Part shown: positions 39,783-49,801 of the stretch, one piece after another
Layout of the letters: each line of letters opens with the position of its first letter
How positions within the stretch are numbered: position 1 is the stretch's first letter
Origin: Myxococcota bacterium
Lineage (GTDB): Bacteria; Myxococcota_A; UBA9160; JAFDDA01
Length of the DNA stretch: 64,000 nt
NCBI GenBank assembly: GCA_965228475.1
Contig: OZ245817.1
Span: 2,240,001-2,304,000, forward strand
Reading direction: 5' to 3'
Program-made: the position numbers and the translations under genes
Notes under the pieces: model-generated
What the model was told of the DNA's origin: nothing
Seen by the model: only the letters and a program-made list of their open reading frames with translations
Databases searched by the model: none

Positions 39783-39813
39783 CGCCATGGACCAGTCGGA
39801 GATCTAGCGCCAT
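39764..39813 (+). repeat. Perfect 25-bp tandem duplication GGACCAGTCGGAGATCTAGCGCCAT spanning the dcd stop
   Basis: Copies at 39764-39788 and 39789-39813. Confidence 0.95.
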
Positions 39814-39845
39814 GACCGTGCGCCCGGGCCGGGAGAGCTAGCCGC

Positions 39846-40295
39846 GTGCGTGCCGTCGTCCAGCGCGTGAGCCGCGCGGAGGTGTCCGTAGCGGGAGAGC
39901 GCGTCGCCGAGATGGAGGCGGGCCTCCTGGCGCTAGTGGGCGTCACCCACGACGACTCCGAAGCCGACGCCGAGGATCTGGCGCGCCGGCTCGCGAACCT
40001 GCGGATCTTCGCGGACGACGAGGGGCGCATGAACCGGTCGCTGCTCGACGGCGGTGGGACGCTCGGCGTCGTGTCCCAGTTCACGCTCTTCGGCGACGCG
40101 CGGAAGGGGCGGCGTCCGGCCTTCGTGGATGCTGCCCGGCCCGAGCACGCGGAGCCCCTGGTCGAGCATCTGGCCGCCCGGGCGGAGGCCCTCGGCCTGC
40201 CGGTGGTGACCGGCCGCTTCGGCGCCCACATGGAGGTCTCCCTCCTGAACGACGGGCCCGTGACGCTGCTCCTCGACAGCCGCAAAGCCTTCTAG
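39846..40295 (+). CDS. dtd: D-aminoacyl-tRNA deacylase
   Basis: MRAVVQRVSRA, LRIF, SQFTL, KGRRP, GRFGA.M, NDGPVT. Confidence 0.96.
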   Translation: MRAVVQRVSRAEVSVAGERVAEMEAGLLALVGVTHDDSEADAEDLARRLANLRIFADDEGRMNRSLLDGGGTLGVVSQFTLFGDARKGRRPAFVDAARPEHAEPLVEHLAARAEALGLPVVTGRFGAHMEVSLLNDGPVTLLLDSRKAF

Positions 40296-40384
40296 GACTG
40301 GCGGAATCCCGCCTCGGGCGCCCCACTGCAGAACCGCGTTGCACTTCCTGGCCGAGCCGGCATCCTTTCGCCGGGGGGTTCATC

Positions 40385-40735
40385 ATGGAACGAAAGACGA
40401 AGCGGCGGGGCCTCGCCCTGGCCGCAGCGATGGCTTGTTGCGTCGCGCTGGCGCCCGCGCCGGCCCACGCCGAAAACGACACGGCGACCAACGCGGCCGC
40501 CGCGTTCTGTTCGCTGCTCTATGCGCCGACGAAGATCGCCTTCGCGGGCCTCGGGACGGTCGTGAGCGGTCTGGCCTGGGCCATGACCGGCTTCGACGGC
40601 GAGGCGGCCCGGCCGATCTTCTACTCGACGGTGCGAGGGGACTACCTGATCACGCCGAACCATCTCGAGGGCCGCCGGCCGGTCGAGTTCGTCGGGCGCG
40701 ATCCCCGGGACGAGCCGCCGCGCGAAGCCTGGTAG
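40385..40735 (+). CDS. Small exported/membrane hypothetical protein
   Basis: Signal peptide ending AHA, hydrophobic core, then RGDYLITP. Codon usage fits the host. Confidence 0.7.
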   Translation: MERKTKRRGLALAAAMACCVALAPAPAHAENDTATNAAAAFCSLLYAPTKIAFAGLGTVVSGLAWAMTGFDGEAARPIFYSTVRGDYLITPNHLEGRRPVEFVGRDPRDEPPREAW

Positions 40736-40960
40736 CGGGCCCGCCCGCCGCCGGGCGAAGGTGCAGCCGAGCCGCCGGTCCGCCGATGCCGGAAAGGAGC
40801 CTGCGGCATCGAAGCCCTGGGCGTCACGGCTGCGCCCTGCGGCGGCCGGAGGCTGCCCAGGCCCGGGCCCTGCGAGTTTCGCCGTCGTCTCGGCTACGCT
40901 CCCGGGTCGGGGGATTGTCAGGAAGCCCGGCTCGGCGGCAGCGGAGCGGGGTAGGGGGCC

Positions 40961-41749
40961 ATGGACGAGTTCTCCTCGGTTGCATCGGTGGGCGCGGTCT
41001 TCGCCGCGGGCTTGCTGTCGGTCTTCTCGCCCTGCGTGATGCCGCTCATGCCGGCCTACCTTTCGCTGATCTCGGGTGTCTCCGTCGAGGAGATGCAGGA
41101 GTCCGTCGAGGAGCACGAGCCCGGCATGCGCCGCCGGGTGCTGCTGGCCTGTCTCGGCTTCATCGCCGGGTTCTCCACGGTGTTCATCGTGCTCGGCGCT
41201 TCGGCCACGGCCCTCGGCCGGGTCCTGCGGATCTGGCGGGGCGAGGTGTTCGGCATCGAGTTCGGCGTCGCGCAGCTCGCCGGCGTCCTCATCATCGTGA
41301 TGGGCCTGCACATGCTCGGCGTCTTCCGCATCGGGCTGCTCTACCGCGACAGCCGCTTCCAGATGGGCGGTCGCAAGAAGATGAGCGCGCTCGGCACGTA
41401 CCTGGTCGGCGCGGCGTTCGCCTTCGGCTGGTCGCCCTGCGTCGGGCCGATCCTGGCCGGGGTGCTCGGCATCGCGGGGAGCCAGGAGACCGTCGGCCGC
41501 GGCATGGTGCTGCTCGCGGTCTACTCGGCCGGCCTCGGCGTACCGTTCCTGCTGGCGGGCTGGAGCATCGAGGTCTTCTTCCGCGCCTTCGCTCGCATGA
41601 AGAACTACTTCCGCGCGGTCGAGTTCGCCTCGGGCGTGCTGCTGATCGGCGTCGGGCTGCTGGTCGCGACCGACCGGCTCTCGACCCTGAACGGCTACTT
41701 CACCTTCCTCACGCGCTTCATTCTCGCCGCCGAGGAAGCGCTGCTCTAA
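40961..41749 (+). CDS. ccdA: Cytochrome c biogenesis protein CcdA
   Basis: AGLLSVFSPCVMP, GWSPCVGP, YSAGLGVPF. Confidence 0.94.
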   Translation: MDEFSSVASVGAVFAAGLLSVFSPCVMPLMPAYLSLISGVSVEEMQESVEEHEPGMRRRVLLACLGFIAGFSTVFIVLGASATALGRVLRIWRGEVFGIEFGVAQLAGVLIIVMGLHMLGVFRIGLLYRDSRFQMGGRKKMSALGTYLVGAAFAFGWSPCVGPILAGVLGIAGSQETVGRGMVLLAVYSAGLGVPFLLAGWSIEVFFRAFARMKNYFRAVEFASGVLLIGVGLLVATDRLSTLNGYFTFLTRFILAAEEALL

Positions 41750-41792
41750 GTTGCGGCGCACCGCGCGCCCGGCGCGCGCGCCAGGAGGATCC

Positions 41793-42398
41793 ATGGCCGC
41801 TTTGATGCTCGATGCCCGACGGTTGCTGGTCGCCGGACTGCTCGTCTCCCTGGCCTGCGGGAGCGGCTCCGAGGGCTCGTCCGGCGAAGCCGCCTCCGCG
41901 GGGGACACTCCGCCGCCGGCCGAGGCGGCCCAGGCGGAGGGTAAGCCCGCGGCGCCCGAGCCCGCCAAGGACGACGACCGCCAGGTGGCGCCGGACTTCG
42001 AGCTGCCGGACCTCGCCGGCAACGCCGTCACCATGGCGAGCCTGCGCGGCAAGACCGTGGTCATCGACTTCTGGGCCACGTGGTGCCCGCCGTGCATCTT
42101 CCAGATCCCGATCCTGAACTCGATCCAGAAGAAGCACGAGGCCGACGGCGTGGTGGTGATCGGGGTCGCGGTGGATGCCGAGGGCCTCGAAGTGGTGAAG
42201 CCCTACGCCGAGGAGAACGGGGTCGAGTACACGATCCTGATCGGCGACGAGAGCCTCGCGCGGAAGTTCGGCGCCCCGGGCTTTCCCGCGATGGCCATCG
42301 TGGACCCGGACGGCCGGATCGACTCGATGCACGTCGGCCTGATCGAGGAAGAGGAGCTCGACGCCGAGCTGGCCAAGATCAAGGCCAGCCGGAGCTGA
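41793..42398 (+). CDS. TlpA/ResA-like thiol:disulfide oxidoreductase lipoprotein
   Basis: Lipobox SLAC, APDFEL, DFWATWCPPC. Confidence 0.92.
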   Translation: MAALMLDARRLLVAGLLVSLACGSGSEGSSGEAASAGDTPPPAEAAQAEGKPAAPEPAKDDDRQVAPDFELPDLAGNAVTMASLRGKTVVIDFWATWCPPCIFQIPILNSIQKKHEADGVVVIGVAVDAEGLEVVKPYAEENGVEYTILIGDESLARKFGAPGFPAMAIVDPDGRIDSMHVGLIEEEELDAELAKIKASRS

Positions 42399-42460
42399 GC
42401 CTCCAGGCGAGGCGGGCCTCGGAGGCCCCCGCGGGCGCCCGCCCCACGCGGACCCTCGCC

Positions 42461-42488
42461 TAAAGGGTTCCGCCCCCCCGGTCGAAAA
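42461..42488 (+). promoter_or_regulatory. Sigma28-like promoter TAAA-N16-GTCGAAAA, 7 nt before the ATG
   Basis: Directly upstream of the Crp-like gene. Confidence 0.55.
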
Positions 42489-42495
42489 GCCCCGC

Positions 42496-43143
42496 ATGGG
42501 AGAGGCGAAGGCCCAGGGCCACCTGTTGGACGAGGTGCGCGAGCGCTTCGAGCGGAGCTACGAGGCCGGGGAGACCGTCTTCGGGCCCGGCGAGCCTGCG
42601 CGCTCGCTCTTCGTGGTCCAGACCGGCGAAGTCGAGATCCTGCGCCCGACCGGCAGCGGCACCCGCTCGGTCGATCGCATCCGGCCCGGCGAGTTCTTCG
42701 GGGAGATGGCCGTGGTGCTCGGCGGACGCCACAGCGTCCGGGCCGTGGCCTCGAGCGGGACCCGGCTGCTCGAGATCGACCGCGAGACCTTCCACGACAT
42801 GTGCCTGGACCGGCCCGAGATCGCCCTGCGCGTGATCCAGCGGCTGACGGCCCGCGTCCTCCAGCTCGAAGACCGCATCGGCACGCTGGCCGTGACCGAG
42901 CTGATTCGCCCGGTCGTCGCCCACCTGCTCGAGGGCGCCGTGCTCGAGGGGGAGGAGCACCGGGTCGAAACGAGTCTGCGGGAGATCGCCGAGGCCTCGG
43001 GGCTCTCCATGCTCGACGCGCACCGGGCGATCCAGGAACTCCTCGATCAGAAGCTCCTCCGGCTCGACCAGGACCTCCTGTTCATCGCCGACCGCGACGC
43101 CCTGGCGCGCTTCCCGAACGAAGTCGCCGCCCCCACGGCCTGA
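42496..43143 (+). CDS. Crp/Fnr-family regulator
   Basis: cNMP domain GEFFGEMA and C-terminal HTH SLREIAEASGLS. Confidence 0.85.
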   Translation: MGEAKAQGHLLDEVRERFERSYEAGETVFGPGEPARSLFVVQTGEVEILRPTGSGTRSVDRIRPGEFFGEMAVVLGGRHSVRAVASSGTRLLEIDRETFHDMCLDRPEIALRVIQRLTARVLQLEDRIGTLAVTELIRPVVAHLLEGAVLEGEEHRVETSLREIAEASGLSMLDAHRAIQELLDQKLLRLDQDLLFIADRDALARFPNEVAAPTA

Positions 43144-43195
43144 CCGCCGGCCCCGCCCAAGCCCTCGGAAGCACACCGGGAACTCCCCCGGCGGA

Positions 43196-43225
43196 TTGAC
43201 CCGCTCGCGCGCCCTCTGGTAGCGT
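43196..43225 (+). promoter_or_regulatory. Sigma70-type promoter TTGACC-N18-TAGCGT for lptD
   Basis: Consensus-like hexamers with an extended TG, in the intergenic gap. Confidence 0.5.
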
Positions 43226-43235
43226 CCGCAACGCG

Positions 43236-45746
43236 TTGCCGGGGGGTTTCTTGCGCTTTCTCGCTTGGTTGTCGGGTTCCATTGCCGCTCGCGGGGGTTC
43301 TCTCGTCGTTCTCGCCTTCGCGGCCGTGCTCGCGGCCCCGTCCGTCGCGGTCGCCGACGACGTCCCGTTCACCCTGAAGGCCGACTCCATCGAGTACGAC
43401 TCCGCGCGCTCGATCTACGTCGGGCGCGGGAACGTCCGCATCGAGGACGGCGAGCAGACCCTGACCGCGGACTGGGTCATGTTCAGCAACGAGACCCGCC
43501 AGGGCCTCGCCTCGGGCAACGTCGTCCACAAGGACGGGCCGGACACCCTGGTCGGCGACTTCCTCCAGTTCGACATCGACTCCCTGCGTGGCTTCCTGCG
43601 CGAGGGCGTGATGACCTCGGAGGAGAGCCAGTACCACCTCTCCGCCGAGGAGCTCCGCAAGACCGGCGAGCAGACCTACACGTTCAAGAAGACGCGCTTC
43701 ACGACCTGTGATTGCCCGGACGACGACGACCGCAAGCCGTGGGAGGTGAAGGCCGAGACCGCGGACATGGAGGTCGGTGGCTACGCGACGGCGCGCAACA
43801 CGACCTTCGAGGTCTTCGGGGTGCCCGCGCTGTGGCTTCCTTGGGCCGGCTACCCGCTGAAGGAGAAGCGCACGACCGGGCTGCTCTTCCCCGAGATCAA
43901 CAGCACGAACCGCAGCGGCTTCGACGTCGGCCTGCCGTTCTACTGGGCGGCGCGCCACAACCTGAACGTGATCCTGACCCCGCAGTACCTCCAGAAGCGC
44001 GGCGTGAAGGGCAAGGCCGAGTTCGACTGGGCGCTCGCGAACGGCAGCGGCGGTGCCTTCTTCTTCACGATGCTCTCGGACAACGAGGTCGACGAGGGCG
44101 ACCCCCAGGAGTCCTTCGACGAGCTCCGCTGGGCCATCGACACCAAGCAGGATTGGCGGCTGCCCTTCGACACCCGTGCGAAGCTCGACGTGAACTGGAT
44201 GCGCGACAACCAGTTCGTGCGCGACTTCCGCGACATGCGCCAGTTCGTGAACGACCGCTTCGTCGAGTCGACCGCCTTCGTCGAGCGCGACTTCTTCGCC
44301 TCGGGCTGGCTCCAGGCCTCGACCGGGCTGCGCTGGGCGGACGACTTCCAGAACCCGGACGACCTCGACCGCGACGAGCAGCTCCTGCAGCGGCTTCCCG
44401 AGGCCCAGGTGAAGGTGCTCGCCAAGCCCGTCGCCGACGCCGGCCCGGTCCGCGTCGTCACCTCGCTCGATTCGGACTACGCCTATTTCTACGCGCGCGA
44501 CAGCGCGAGCGACCGGCTGCGGAACCTGGTGGTCGGGGACGACCTTTTCGTCGACACCGGCATCGACGGCGTCCCGAGCTCCCAGGAGCAGAACTCGGGC
44601 GGCTTCGTCTCGGCCGTGGATCAGCACGCCGACGACTTCGCCACCCGCCGCGGCCCGGAAGGCGACGGCGTCTTCCAGGAGGGCGAGCTGCTCGGCGATC
44701 AGGGGCACCGGCTCTGGCTCCACCCGAAGATCTCGGCGCCGGTGCGGATCCTCGACGCCGTCGAGGTCGTTCCCGAACTCGGCTACCACCTGACGCTCTA
44801 CGACAGCGACGCCCAGGGCTTCGACCAGCGCGGCATGGTCACGGGCCGGCTCGATCTGCGGACCCGCCTGCGCCGGGAGTTCGCGCCGAGCTTCATCAGC
44901 CGGCCCGTCGCCCACGTGATCGAGCCCTTCGTCTCCTGGGGCATCGTCCAGAGCGCCCAGCAGCGCAGCAACCCGTTCTACCTGCCCGACACGGCGCTCC
45001 AGCAGGAGCGCATCCGCCTGCTCGATCTCGACAACGTGGTCGGCGACCCGGCGGACCGCGTCGATCGCTTCCACGGACTGACGGTCGGCGTGCGGCAGCA
45101 GTTGATGGGCCGCTCGCTCGGGACACGCGAGGACCCGGAGACCGGCGAGACGATCTACGTCTCCGAGGCGTCGCGGCTCGTGGCCGACGTGACGGTGGCC
45201 TACGACTACCAGATCTGGGGCAACCGGCTCGGCAACTTCGTCGTCGACGGCGCGTGGTGGCCCTGGAACTCGTGGACGAGCCGGTTCCACGTGAACTACG
45301 ACACGAGCCGCAACGAGATCGACGAGGTCTTCCTGAACTTCGGCTACTGGAGCCTGAACGGGCACAACCTCTCCGTGCAGTACCGGCTCGTGGCCGACAT
45401 CCCGCAGTTCTTCGAGGAGTTCCGCACGGACCGCGACCGCCTCGACGACTTCGAGGACGATTTCAGCCAGGTGAACCAGATCTGGACGAGCGCCCGCTGG
45501 GCCGTCACCGCGAACTGGGCCCTCACCTACAACGTCGTCTACACGTTCGAGGAGGCGCTCTTCCTGAGCCACCGCGCGGGGGTGGAGTACACCTCCCAGT
45601 GTGGCTGCTGGGCGGTGCGGCTGGTCGGCGACTTCCGCCGCCAGACCGGCTTCGACCTCGGGGTGCGCTTCACCCTGGTCGGACTCGGGCAGGACCGGGT
45701 CCGGCCCTTCTCGGGCGGCGGGGGCGGCAGCAGCCTCCTTCGCTAG
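43236..45746 (+). CDS. lptD: LPS-assembly protein LptD
   Basis: N-terminal jellyroll (ADSIEY, GNVRI, LTAD), FTTC...W, RTTGLLFP, PFYWA, HVIEP, C-terminal YTSQCGCW. Start is uncertain. Confidence 0.88.
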   Translation: MPGGFLRFLAWLSGSIAARGGSLVVLAFAAVLAAPSVAVADDVPFTLKADSIEYDSARSIYVGRGNVRIEDGEQTLTADWVMFSNETRQGLASGNVVHKDGPDTLVGDFLQFDIDSLRGFLREGVMTSEESQYHLSAEELRKTGEQTYTFKKTRFTTCDCPDDDDRKPWEVKAETADMEVGGYATARNTTFEVFGVPALWLPWAGYPLKEKRTTGLLFPEINSTNRSGFDVGLPFYWAARHNLNVILTPQYLQKRGVKGKAEFDWALANGSGGAFFFTMLSDNEVDEGDPQESFDELRWAIDTKQDWRLPFDTRAKLDVNWMRDNQFVRDFRDMRQFVNDRFVESTAFVERDFFASGWLQASTGLRWADDFQNPDDLDRDEQLLQRLPEAQVKVLAKPVADAGPVRVVTSLDSDYAYFYARDSASDRLRNLVVGDDLFVDTGIDGVPSSQEQNSGGFVSAVDQHADDFATRRGPEGDGVFQEGELLGDQGHRLWLHPKISAPVRILDAVEVVPELGYHLTLYDSDAQGFDQRGMVTGRLDLRTRLRREFAPSFISRPVAHVIEPFVSWGIVQSAQQRSNPFYLPDTALQQERIRLLDLDNVVGDPADRVDRFHGLTVGVRQQLMGRSLGTREDPETGETIYVSEASRLVADVTVAYDYQIWGNRLGNFVVDGAWWPWNSWTSRFHVNYDTSRNEIDEVFLNFGYWSLNGHNLSVQYRLVADIPQFFEEFRTDRDRLDDFEDDFSQVNQIWTSARWAVTANWALTYNVVYTFEEALFLSHRAGVEYTSQCGCWAVRLVGDFRRQTGFDLGVRFTLVGLGQDRVRPFSGGGGGSSLLR

Positions 45747-45854
45747 GCGATGGCCGGCCTCCCGGCCTCGCGGCTGCCGCGCGAGTTGAAACCGCCGGGC
45801 GGCTGCGCCAACCTAATCCTCTGAATCCCCAAGCGTTTTTCCCCTGAGGCGGTC

Positions 45855-47342
45855 GTGATCTTCCCCAGCGAAGAGGTCTTCGAGCAGTTATCGGGCCGCG
45901 GCAACCTGGTTCCGGTCGTGCTCGAGGTCCCCGCGGATTTCGACACGCCGCTGTCCTTCTTCCGCAAGCTCGACGACGGGCGAACGGCGTTCCTGTTCGA
46001 GTCCGTCGAGGGCGGCGAGCAGTGGGCACGCTTCAGCTTCATGGGCGTCGGCGCGCGCGCGACGTTCCGGGCCCGCGGGCGCGAGGTCGAGTGGACGGCG
46101 GACGGGAAGACCGAGCGCGTGACGGCGCCCGGCGACCCGCTCGAGCTCCTGCGCGAGCGCATGGCGCGCTTCGAGCCGGTTCCGCTCGAGGGCATCGAGC
46201 TCCCCCGGTTCGTCGGCGGGGCCGTCGGGCTGGTCGGCTACGACTGGGTCCGCTTCGTCGAGACCCTGCCCGACGGGAACCCGGACGAGCTCGACGTGCC
46301 GGACCTCGCCTTCGTGCTGCCGGAGACCGTGCTCGTCCACGATGCGAAGCGCCACACGGCGCTGCTCGTGAAGCACGTCGAGGTCGGCGAGGGCTCGGAC
46401 GTCCACGCCGGCTACCACGCCGCCGTCGCGGACCTCTCGGCCCTGGCGAAGCGCCTGCGCGAACCGCTCTCGCTGCCGCCCGCCGAGCCCGTGCGCGCGC
46501 CGATGGACGTCGTGAAGACGCACACGCGCGAGACCTATCACGAGATCGTGAAGCGGGCGAAGGAGTACATCGAGGCGGGCGACATCTTCCAGGTCGTCCT
46601 CTCCCAGCGCTTCCAGATCCCGCTCCAGGTCGATCCGTTCACCGTGTATCGGCATCTGCGCCGGATCAACCCGAGCCCGTACCTCTTCTTCCTGCGCAGC
46701 GAGGGCGCGGTCTTGATCGGCTCTTCGCCGGAGATCCTCGTGCGGGTCGAGCAGGGGCGGATCGACCTGCGCCCGATCGCCGGGACGCGGCCGCGCGGGG
46801 CCACGCCCGAGGAGGACGAGGCCACCGAGCGCAGCCTGCTCGCCGATCCGAAGGAGCTCGCCGAGCACGTGATGCTCGTCGATCTCGGCCGCAACGACGT
46901 CGGCCGCGTGGCCGAGACGGGCTCCGTCGAAGTCACGGACTACGCCGTCATCGAGCGCTACTCGCACGTCATGCACATCGTGTCCCACGTGGTCGGACGC
47001 CTGCGCAAGGGGCTCGACTGGCTCGACCTGCTGCGCGCGACCTTCCCGGCCGGCACGCTCTCGGGTGCGCCGAAGGTCCGCGCCATGGAGATCATCGACG
47101 AGCTCGAGCCCGTGCGGCGGAGCTTCTACGGTGGCGCCGTCGGCTACGTCGACTACTCCGGGAACATGGACATGGCGATCACGATCCGCACCATGCTGGT
47201 GAAGGACGGTGCGATCCACCTCCAGGCGGGCGGCGGCATCGTCGCGGACTCGGACCCGGAGTACGAGTTCCAGGAGTGTCAGAACAAGGCCCGTGCGCTG
47301 ATTCGCGCGATCGACATGGCGCGCGAGGGAGACGAGACGTGA
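45855..47342 (+). CDS. trpE: Anthranilate synthase component I
   Basis: FLFESVEGG, AGDIFQVVLSQR, NPSPY, PIAGT, EHVMLVDLGRND, GTLSGAPK. Confidence 0.96.
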   Translation: MIFPSEEVFEQLSGRGNLVPVVLEVPADFDTPLSFFRKLDDGRTAFLFESVEGGEQWARFSFMGVGARATFRARGREVEWTADGKTERVTAPGDPLELLRERMARFEPVPLEGIELPRFVGGAVGLVGYDWVRFVETLPDGNPDELDVPDLAFVLPETVLVHDAKRHTALLVKHVEVGEGSDVHAGYHAAVADLSALAKRLREPLSLPPAEPVRAPMDVVKTHTRETYHEIVKRAKEYIEAGDIFQVVLSQRFQIPLQVDPFTVYRHLRRINPSPYLFFLRSEGAVLIGSSPEILVRVEQGRIDLRPIAGTRPRGATPEEDEATERSLLADPKELAEHVMLVDLGRNDVGRVAETGSVEVTDYAVIERYSHVMHIVSHVVGRLRKGLDWLDLLRATFPAGTLSGAPKVRAMEIIDELEPVRRSFYGGAVGYVDYSGNMDMAITIRTMLVKDGAIHLQAGGGIVADSDPEYEFQECQNKARALIRAIDMAREGDET

Positions 47343-47382
47343 GAAGCGCTCGCAAGAGCAAGCGGGGCCGGGAGGCCGGCGC

Positions 47383-47958
47383 GTGAAGATCCTCGTCGTC
47401 GATAACTACGACTCCTTCACCTACAACCTCGTCCAGTACCTCGGCGAGCTCGGGGCGGGGGTCGACGTGGTGCGCAACGACGTCGAGACGGTGGACGCGC
47501 TGCTCGCGCGCGAGCCCGGAGGTCTGGTGATCTCGCCGGGCCCGGGCCGTCCCGCCGACGGCGGGGTCTCGATCGAGGCGGTGAAGCGCTTCGGCGAGGC
47601 GGGCATCCCGGTGCTCGGCGTGTGCCTCGGGCATCAGGCGATCGGCGAGGCCTTCGGGGGCCGCATCGTCCGCGCCCGGACGATCATGCACGGCAAGGTC
47701 TCCGAGGTCTCCCACGACGATCGCGGCGTCTTCGCCGGGCTCCCGAATCCCTTCGAAGCCACCCGCTACCACTCGCTCGTGATCGACGGGAGCGACTTCC
47801 CCGCCGCCCTCGAGGCCACCGCCCACACGGACGACGGGGAGATCATGGGGGTGCGGCACCGGGATCTCCCGATCCACGGCATCCAGTTCCACCCAGAATC
47901 GATCCTGACGCGCGAGGGCAAGAACCTGCTCGCGAACTTTCTCGGGTTCCTGGCGTGA
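47383..47958 (+). CDS. trpG: Anthranilate synthase component II
   Basis: DNYDSFTYNL, ISPGPG, GVCLGHQ, QFHPES. Confidence 0.96.
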   Translation: MKILVVDNYDSFTYNLVQYLGELGAGVDVVRNDVETVDALLAREPGGLVISPGPGRPADGGVSIEAVKRFGEAGIPVLGVCLGHQAIGEAFGGRIVRARTIMHGKVSEVSHDDRGVFAGLPNPFEATRYHSLVIDGSDFPAALEATAHTDDGEIMGVRHRDLPIHGIQFHPESILTREGKNLLANFLGFLA

Positions 47959-48980
47959 GTCTTCGCAAGGCCATCGAGGAGGCCGTCGCGGGCCACGAGG
48001 TGCCGTCCCCGCTCCTGGCGGGCGCCTTCGACGAGATCATGGCCGGGAACGCCGAGGCCGCGCAGATCGCCGCCCTGCTCGTGGCCCTGCGGACCAAGGG
48101 CGAGACGGTCGGCGAGATCGTCGCGGCGGCCCGAGCGCTGCGTGCCCACGCCGAGACGGGGCCCGGCGACGAGCGCGCCGTCGATACCTGCGGGACGGGG
48201 GGCGACGGCGCCGACACCTTCAACATCTCGACGACGGCGGCCTTCGTGGTCGCGGGCGCCGGCGTGCCCGTGGCGAAGCACGGCAACCGCTCGGCGAGCA
48301 GCCGCTGCGGGAGCATCGACGTCCTCGAGGGGCTCGGCGTGCGCGTCGACCTCTCGACCGCCGAGTCGTGCCAGCTCCTTCGCGAGGTCGGCATGGCGCC
48401 CTTCTTCGCGCGCCGGGCGCATCCGGCCATGCGGCACGTCGCGCCCGTGCGCCAGAGCCTCGGCATCCGCACGATCATGAACTGCCTCGGTCCGCTCCTG
48501 AATCCGGTCGGCGTGAAGCACCAGCTCGTCGGGGTCTACGACCGCGCGCTCGTGGTCCCCCTGGCCGAGGTGCTGGGGGAACTCGGTGCCCGCCGCGCGC
48601 TCGTGGCGCACGGCAGCGACGGGCTCGACGAGATCACGACCACCGGCGAAACCCACGCCGCGTTCTTCGACGGTGAGACGGTCGCGGCCCTGACGCTCGA
48701 GCCGGAGCAGGCCGGCCTGGCCCGGGCGCGGCCCGAAGACCTCGCGGGCGGAGACCTCGAGGAGAACGTCGCCATCGTGCGCGCGGTGCTCGACGGCGAG
48801 ACCGGTCCGCGCCGGGAGATCGTGCTGGCCAACGCCGGGGCCGCGCTCTTCGCGGCGGGAGCGAGCGAGGACTGGCCGTCGGGGGTGGCGCGCGCGGCCG
48901 AGAGTCTCGCCTCGGGAGCCGCCCGGGAGCGGCTCGAAGCGCTCGTTCGGGCAAGCCAGGCCCTCGGGGACGAAGCGTGA
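47955..48980 (+). CDS. trpD: Anthranilate phosphoribosyltransferase
   Basis: DTCGTGGDG, FNIST, KHGNR, GLDE. GTGA overlap with trpG. Confidence 0.96.
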   Translation: MSLRKAIEEAVAGHEVPSPLLAGAFDEIMAGNAEAAQIAALLVALRTKGETVGEIVAAARALRAHAETGPGDERAVDTCGTGGDGADTFNISTTAAFVVAGAGVPVAKHGNRSASSRCGSIDVLEGLGVRVDLSTAESCQLLREVGMAPFFARRAHPAMRHVAPVRQSLGIRTIMNCLGPLLNPVGVKHQLVGVYDRALVVPLAEVLGELGARRALVAHGSDGLDEITTTGETHAAFFDGETVAALTLEPEQAGLARARPEDLAGGDLEENVAIVRAVLDGETGPRREIVLANAGAALFAAGASEDWPSGVARAAESLASGAARERLEALVRASQALGDEA

Positions 48981-49801
48981 GCATCCTCGACGAGATTCTC
49001 ACGCGAAAGCACGAAGAGGTGGCGCGGGCGAAGGAAGCGACGCCCCCGGCCGTGCTCGCCGAGCGTGCGGCGGCGGTCGCGCGCCCGGTGCGGAGCCTCC
49101 ACGCGGCGCTCTTGGCCGGACCCGCGCCCCGCGTGATCGCGGAGGTGAAGCGGCGCTCGCCGAGCAAGGGCGAGATCCGCAAGGACTTCGACCCGAGCGC
49201 CATCGCGAAGTCCTACGCGGACGGCGGCGCGGCGGCGCTCTCCGTGTTGACGGACGAGCCGTTCTTCGGCGGGCATCTCGACTACCTGCGGGAGATCCGG
49301 GCGCTCGTCGACCTGCCGCTCCTGCGCAAGGACTTCGTCGTCGATGCCTACCAGCTCGACGAAGCGCGGCTCGCCGGCGCGGACGCCGTCCTGCTGATCG
49401 TGGCGGCGCTCGAGCCCGCCGTGCTCGAGCGGCTCCATCGCGAGGCGCGCGCGCGCAGCCTCGACGTCCTGGTCGAGGTCCACGACGACGCGGAGCTCGA
49501 GTTCGCCCTCGGCCTCGGGGCCACCCTCGTCGGGATCAACAACCGCGACCTGCGGACCTTCGAGACCGATCTCGCCACGACGGAGCGCCTGGCACCGCGC
49601 GCACGCGCGGCGAGCCCCGACTGTGTGGTCGTGGCCGAGAGTGGCATCTTCACCGGGGCCGACATGCGACGGCTCGAAGCGTCGGGAGCCGGAGCCCATC
49701 TGGTGGGGGAGTCCCTGATGCGCCAGCCCGACCCGGGCGCCGCGCTGCGCGAGCTCCGCGAGGCCCACGCGGCGGCGCCGGGAGAGGAGGCGCGAGGGTG
49801 A
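48977..49801 (+). CDS. trpC: Indole-3-glycerol phosphate synthase
   Basis: [33 protein letters not shown]. Confidence 0.96.
   Translation: MSILDEILTRKHEEVARAKEATPPAVLAERAAAVARPVRSLHAALLAGPAPRVIAEVKRRSPSKGEIRKDFDPSAIAKSYADGGAAALSVLTDEPFFGGHLDYLREIRALVDLPLLRKDFVVDAYQLDEARLAGADAVLLIVAALEPAVLERLHREARARSLDVLVEVHDDAELEFALGLGATLVGINNRDLRTFETDLATTERLAPRARAASPDCVVVAESGIFTGADMRRLEASGAGAHLVGESLMRQPDPGAALRELREAHAAAPGEEARG

Noticed and set aside
39764..39813. Repeat as a CRISPR remnant
   Set aside because: The two copies are adjacent with no spacer, derive from dcd coding sequence, and have no cas genes nearby.
40736..40960. Riboswitch or ncRNA upstream of ccdA
   Set aside because: Only GC-rich hairpins (e.g. 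CGATGCCG/CGGCATCG) are present, with no recognisable aptamer motif.
45747..45854. trp leader peptide or attenuator upstream of trpE
   Set aside because: The short ORF from ATG 45750 (MAGLPASRLPRELKPPGGCANLIL) has no Trp codons, and no terminator/antiterminator or T-box is evident.
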